A DNA stretch of 64,000 nt, taken from assembly GCF_009914755.1 (NCBI RefSeq), contig NC_060935.1, one strand, 5' to 3'. The stretch's first letter is position 1. Each line of letters starts with the position of its first letter. This document shows, piece by piece, positions 56,030 through 64,000 of this stretch. This DNA comes from the human T2T-CHM13v2.0 reference genome, Homo sapiens. The notes beneath the pieces are model-generated. The model was given only the letters and a program-made list of their open reading frames with translations, had not been told where the DNA came from and did not search any database. The position numbers and the translations under genes are program-made.

Positions 56030-56725
56030 TAAAAATAATATGTGTAATCAACAAGAATGACAATGCCAAGTATTGGAGAGGGTTAGCAAAAATTAGAACC
56101 CTCATAAATTACTTGTTTTGCTGAAGAGAATTTAAATGGGACAACTAATTTGGAATCAATGTTCCATTTTCTTAAATAAACATATATTTACTATGCAACT
56201 TACCAATTTCATTTCTATATATTTACTCTATATAAATAAAAACATATGCTCACACAAGTAATAGAAATAATAGACATGAATACACATAGCAACTAAAACA
56301 TAACACTTCAAATGGAATCAATTAGTGAATTTATAAACAATATGACATACATCTATATAATGAAATACTGCTTGATATAATGAAACAAATTACAAACTCA
56401 TGCAAAAATGTAAATGAATATCAAATCATTATTCTTTCCAGTGAAAGAAATCAGACACACATTTTCTATAAATCCTTTCAAATAAAGTTTCTAAAAAAGC
56501 AAAAACTGTAGAACAGAAAGTGCTGGGAAAAGAATTTTCTACAAATGAAAACATGAAAATTTTGTCATGTTGGAAGTATTTAAAAATTGGATTATGGGGA
56601 TGGTTGTAAAGATGTATAAATTTACTAAAATTCATCAAATTTTACACTTTCAATGGGTGCATTTTATAGTATGTAAAATTTACATTTTATAGTATGTAAG
56701 TTATATACAAATAAAGCCATTTAAA
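56030..56725 (+). mobile_element. L1ME-type 3' end
   Basis: TGACAATGCCAAGTATTGGAGAGG, TTTACTAAAATTCATCAAATT.TACACTT...TTTTATAGTATGTAA...AATAAAG. Confidence 0.75.
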
Positions 56726-57159
56726 ACAGGGGTCAATACTATTCACCATATTTACAAATTAAAAGAAAATATGTCAAGAGATACAGAGAAAACATAATAT
56801 TCCCTACTATTCATAAATTTTATAAAGCAGTTTTAATAAACTAGAAATAGAACTTTCTTAAAATACTTGATGATATCTACAAAATATTATGAAAAACATT
56901 AGAAGCATTCTCTTTAAAATAAGGATATGCCACCACCTACATAAGCATCACACTTGAAGGTCTTAAGCGAATATTTATGAGTAAGGCATCAGTAGAGCTG
57001 GCTTTTAATCCATAGGCTCAGTTACTCAGGCAGTATCCATCATGTAACGTTTTCTTCAGTTTCTTTTTTTTGTCCTGGTTGTCAGTCTTTGTCTCTGTAT
57101 TAGTCAGGATCTTTGGTTGCAAGTGACAGAAATCCAATTTCAATTAAATTAAACCAAAA

Positions 57160-57310
57160 TCTACATAAATTTACATATAGCATATAAATATATGTGTAGT
57201 ATGTGCACATATATAGTATATATATTATATATATACCTGTATGTTGTAATAATACATATATAGTATTTATAATAGTGTATTCATATCTATAATTAGTGCA
57301 AATATATATA
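57160..57310. repeat. TA-rich low-complexity tract
   Basis: Directly visible. Confidence 0.8.
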
Positions 57311-57489
57311 CATAGCTTCACTTTCAATATGTGAATCTCAATTTTATATGTTTGAAACTGAATTCTATGAACCAATCAAGTTGATTACATTTACACCTTT
57401 GTTATTACTCAGCAAAAAGCTTTTGAAAGCAACCTCAAGTGAAATCAACTGAAAAATGTCAATGTAAAATGTAAACAGTCCTAACTAGG

Positions 57490-57640
57490 TGTTTTCTTCC
57501 CTATTTTACATATAAGAAAACCGAGGGTAGAGATGGACTTCAAATAATTTTCCAAGGCCACTTGCTATATCTTCAAGATCATCCAGGTAGAAATGATCAG
57601 GATGAGACCCAAGACTGCTCATCCCCAGCAACTTAGTTCT
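57490..57640 (-). mobile_element. MIR
   Basis: CCCTATTTTACATATAAGAAAACCGAGG...AATAATTTTCCAAGGCCAC. Confidence 0.7.
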
Positions 57641-57755
57641 TCCCAGTAGAACCAGGCATATCCTTAAAGTACCTACTTGGTGTCAAAGCTGGATTCAATC
57701 TATCCATATAGATGTAACTTAACTACACTATACTGGTCATAGAAAGACAAACTTA

Positions 57756-58151
<396 letters not shown>

Positions 58152-59479
58152 TCACCATAAATCATGACAGCATAAAATGTCAGAATTTAAATGTACAAAG
58201 AGGAAGTGGTCTAATTTGCAATTTCTTCATCTCAGATATCATGATGAATCAGTACATCCATAATTGGTTTGACATTGAGTTTCATAACACAAAGCATCTG
58301 GGCTCACTCCCATGGTGCCCAATGAGAGCAATTTCTGAAGCTGGGACAAATTACCCTCTTTAAGAACAACAACAGCTGTCTCAGTGATCTATAAATGTGT
58401 CTTCCCCTTTAGCCTGGGAGAATATTCATGTCATAGAGAAGCAGGGACAAGGGCATTATGGGAGACATGGCCCTCATGGAAAACCAACTGTTCCCCATCT
58501 ATCTTTCTGGTGGCCAATGAGCCTTTATTCACCATACAGCTGTTCCTTCCCATCCTCCTGATTAGATGCACCTGCCTGCTTGCATACATGTCTGATCATT
58601 AGATATATTTATCAGTATGTGTAAAGTTCCCTTTTCACATTATTTCTCTGTAACCTCAAGGGTAAATCCTTTTCAGAGACTCAACATCTGAAAAAATCAC
58701 ATTGGTAGCTGTATTAAGAGTCAAAAAGAAAAATCCCTAGATCTGGACTTCCTATGAGTCTGATACGTGTTCCAGGACTAAGAGTTTAAAATGAGAGGGT
58801 TATTCAGGTGACCCTACTACTCTAAATTCTTATTCTGTTTTTTTTTTGTCCCTCCTAATTTCATACTGATGGAAGCAAAGATAATAAGCTATAATTATTT
58901 AAAATATCTCCATTATATTTAGTTAAGAAATATAAAAAAGAAATTTGCCATGTAAATGGCTCTGAAATATGACTCTGGCTCATACTTCTCCTGGAAAATT
59001 CACAGCAATTTTTCAAATTGAGTATGAGAGTTATGCCACTGTGTTCTATGACCCCACGAGTATATCATAAAATAATAACGGCCAATGCACTTTATGCATT
59101 TCTTTTTTTGCTAAATTTAACAAATCACTAAAGATTAATAAAACCACTGCTATTTTTTCCAGCAATAAGATGGTTATTGTGGTGGGTAAGGAATAATTGA
59201 TCATCACTTTCTGCTGTCTTCCTAAAGGTACCTGTGAAAAATTGAGTTTCTGGTAATAAATGACACTAGAAATCTTGCCACCCCTGTGCCCCACAAATCC
59301 TTTCATGAACTCTATGGCTCTACTCACTTGAATGGATAAACATGATAAAAATAGAGCTTTTTTTCATGTCTATGTCCAACAAATTGTTGAGGAATTTAAT
59401 GTATATTTTAAAGTCAGAATTTAATCTAAAATATTATAGAAAGTAGAAGCTTGCCATTTGACTCTCAAAAGACTACTTT

Positions 59480-62360
<2,881 letters not shown>

Positions 62361-63014
62361 TCAGGTCTTTTGTCCAGGAAAAAGCATATTATCTTCCTAT
62401 AACTCCACGTCCAGATCCACTGTCAGGTGAACGTATCCCTCCTTGACTCAAGAGAAATTCTATAAATTCGTGAGTCCTTAAACATTCACATAAAGTACTG
62501 CTGTTAGCCACTCTATATCAATGAACATTTCGAAATCTCTTTAAATGGACACATATAGAATATAACTCATTGAATATTACCATACACAAAATCTCTCAGG
62601 ATATTGAGTGGAAAACATTAGAAACAGCAATGGACAAAGTAATAGAGTAGGTAAATAAGAACGAAATCAAAAGCACGGATAGAAAATTAGTTTATGGAAT
62701 AAAGACATGTTGTGTTTTGCTACTAGAGTAGATGAATATAAATTTTCTTAAGATGTAGATAGAATGACAATGATGGAAAACATATGAAGAAATAAAGTAG
62801 TGTAGTTACCAAGATATATGAGGATGAAATACTGTGAGGGCTCCAGTACAGAGCTAGGTATAGGAAAGGAAGAAACATAAATGAAAACATTATATAAGTG
62901 GTTTGGAAATTATGCCATATTGATAAAGGATAAAGGACTGGCAATCTATAGTGAAGGATGGCTAAGAATCAGTGGCACACAGTTAAAGTAATTAAACTGA
63001 GTGTATGTGTTTGA

Positions 63015-63348
<334 letters not shown>

Positions 63349-63379
63349 TATTGTTGATTTTAATGTCAGAAACCTAGGA

Positions 63380-64000
63380 GAGGACTTCAGCTTCCAGTGC
63401 TGACATACTGGCTTCTATTATAGCCCAATCTTCTCACTGAGAAAAAAAAATTTTAAACAATATAACATATATAAGGAGGCAGTGGTTTACCCGCAATGGG
63501 AAGCAACTAAGGTAGCCAATACTTGAGAGACCGAGGTCCCAGATAATTGAAACACATTCAATTAAGCTAGCCACCTCTGTTCCTTTATTCTCAAAAGGCA
63601 TTTGTAGATTCTCAATGTGGAACATAAAGACAAAGCAGCAACCTAGATATTTCGACAGTAATGTCCTAAGGTAAGGGAGATAAAAACAGAAGTTCAGGGT
63701 AACAAGGAAAGCTAGAATCTGAGGATCTAAGACCCCAGAGAAAATTGAGATGACCGTCCACAGACTTTTAACATTGTCTGTTAATGTCTTTTAAACATTG
63801 TCTGAATTTTAACTGATGCACAGGTGAGAGGGAAGAAATCAAGTAGTATATAACAACTAGGAATATAGGAAATTAAGGAGAAATGTCAGCATTCTTGAGG
63901 AATTGGAGGTGGGGATTAGTTTCAACGGCTGCCAAGGAAAAGAAGCCCATATAAATCTGCCATTTTTTAAAAATGAAAACTCTGAAAGTCTACACTCTAG
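63380..64000 (+). mobile_element. Probable ancient L1M 5' end
   Basis: GAGGACTTCAGCTTCCAG start and A-rich composition resembling old L1M 5' UTRs. Confidence 0.4.

Overview
AT-rich, repeat-dense primate (human-like) genomic DNA, intergenic or deep intronic. I cannot support any host protein-coding gene, tRNA, rRNA or CRISPR array. Nearly all ORFs in the track come from transposable elements, microsatellites or chance. The dominant feature is a near full-length, TSD-flanked but inactivated L1PA4-like LINE-1 (28686-34829, +). It keeps the 129-bp ZNF93-target 5'UTR segment and an open antisense ORF0. The window also holds about 9 Alu/Alu-monomer copies, many old L1M, L2 and MIR fragments, MaLR/ERVL LTRs, MER DNA transposons and microsatellites. 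Structures that repeat annotation alone does not explain: (i) a 195-bp, gap-free, ~94%-identical inverted duplication (6304-6498 / 7863-8057), in which part of an ancient L2 appears to have been copied into a MIR at a microhomology junction; (ii) an older local direct duplication (~4200-4560 / ~8660-9275); (iii) two twin-primed (5'-inverted) L1 insertions nested in older L1s; (iv) alternating-orientation Alus with dsRNA potential; (v) a candidate 127-bp exon at 16358-16484. I find no evidence for a new multi-gene system. Subfamily calls come from recalled consensus motifs and identities were counted by hand, so both need RepeatMasker/alignment confirmation.
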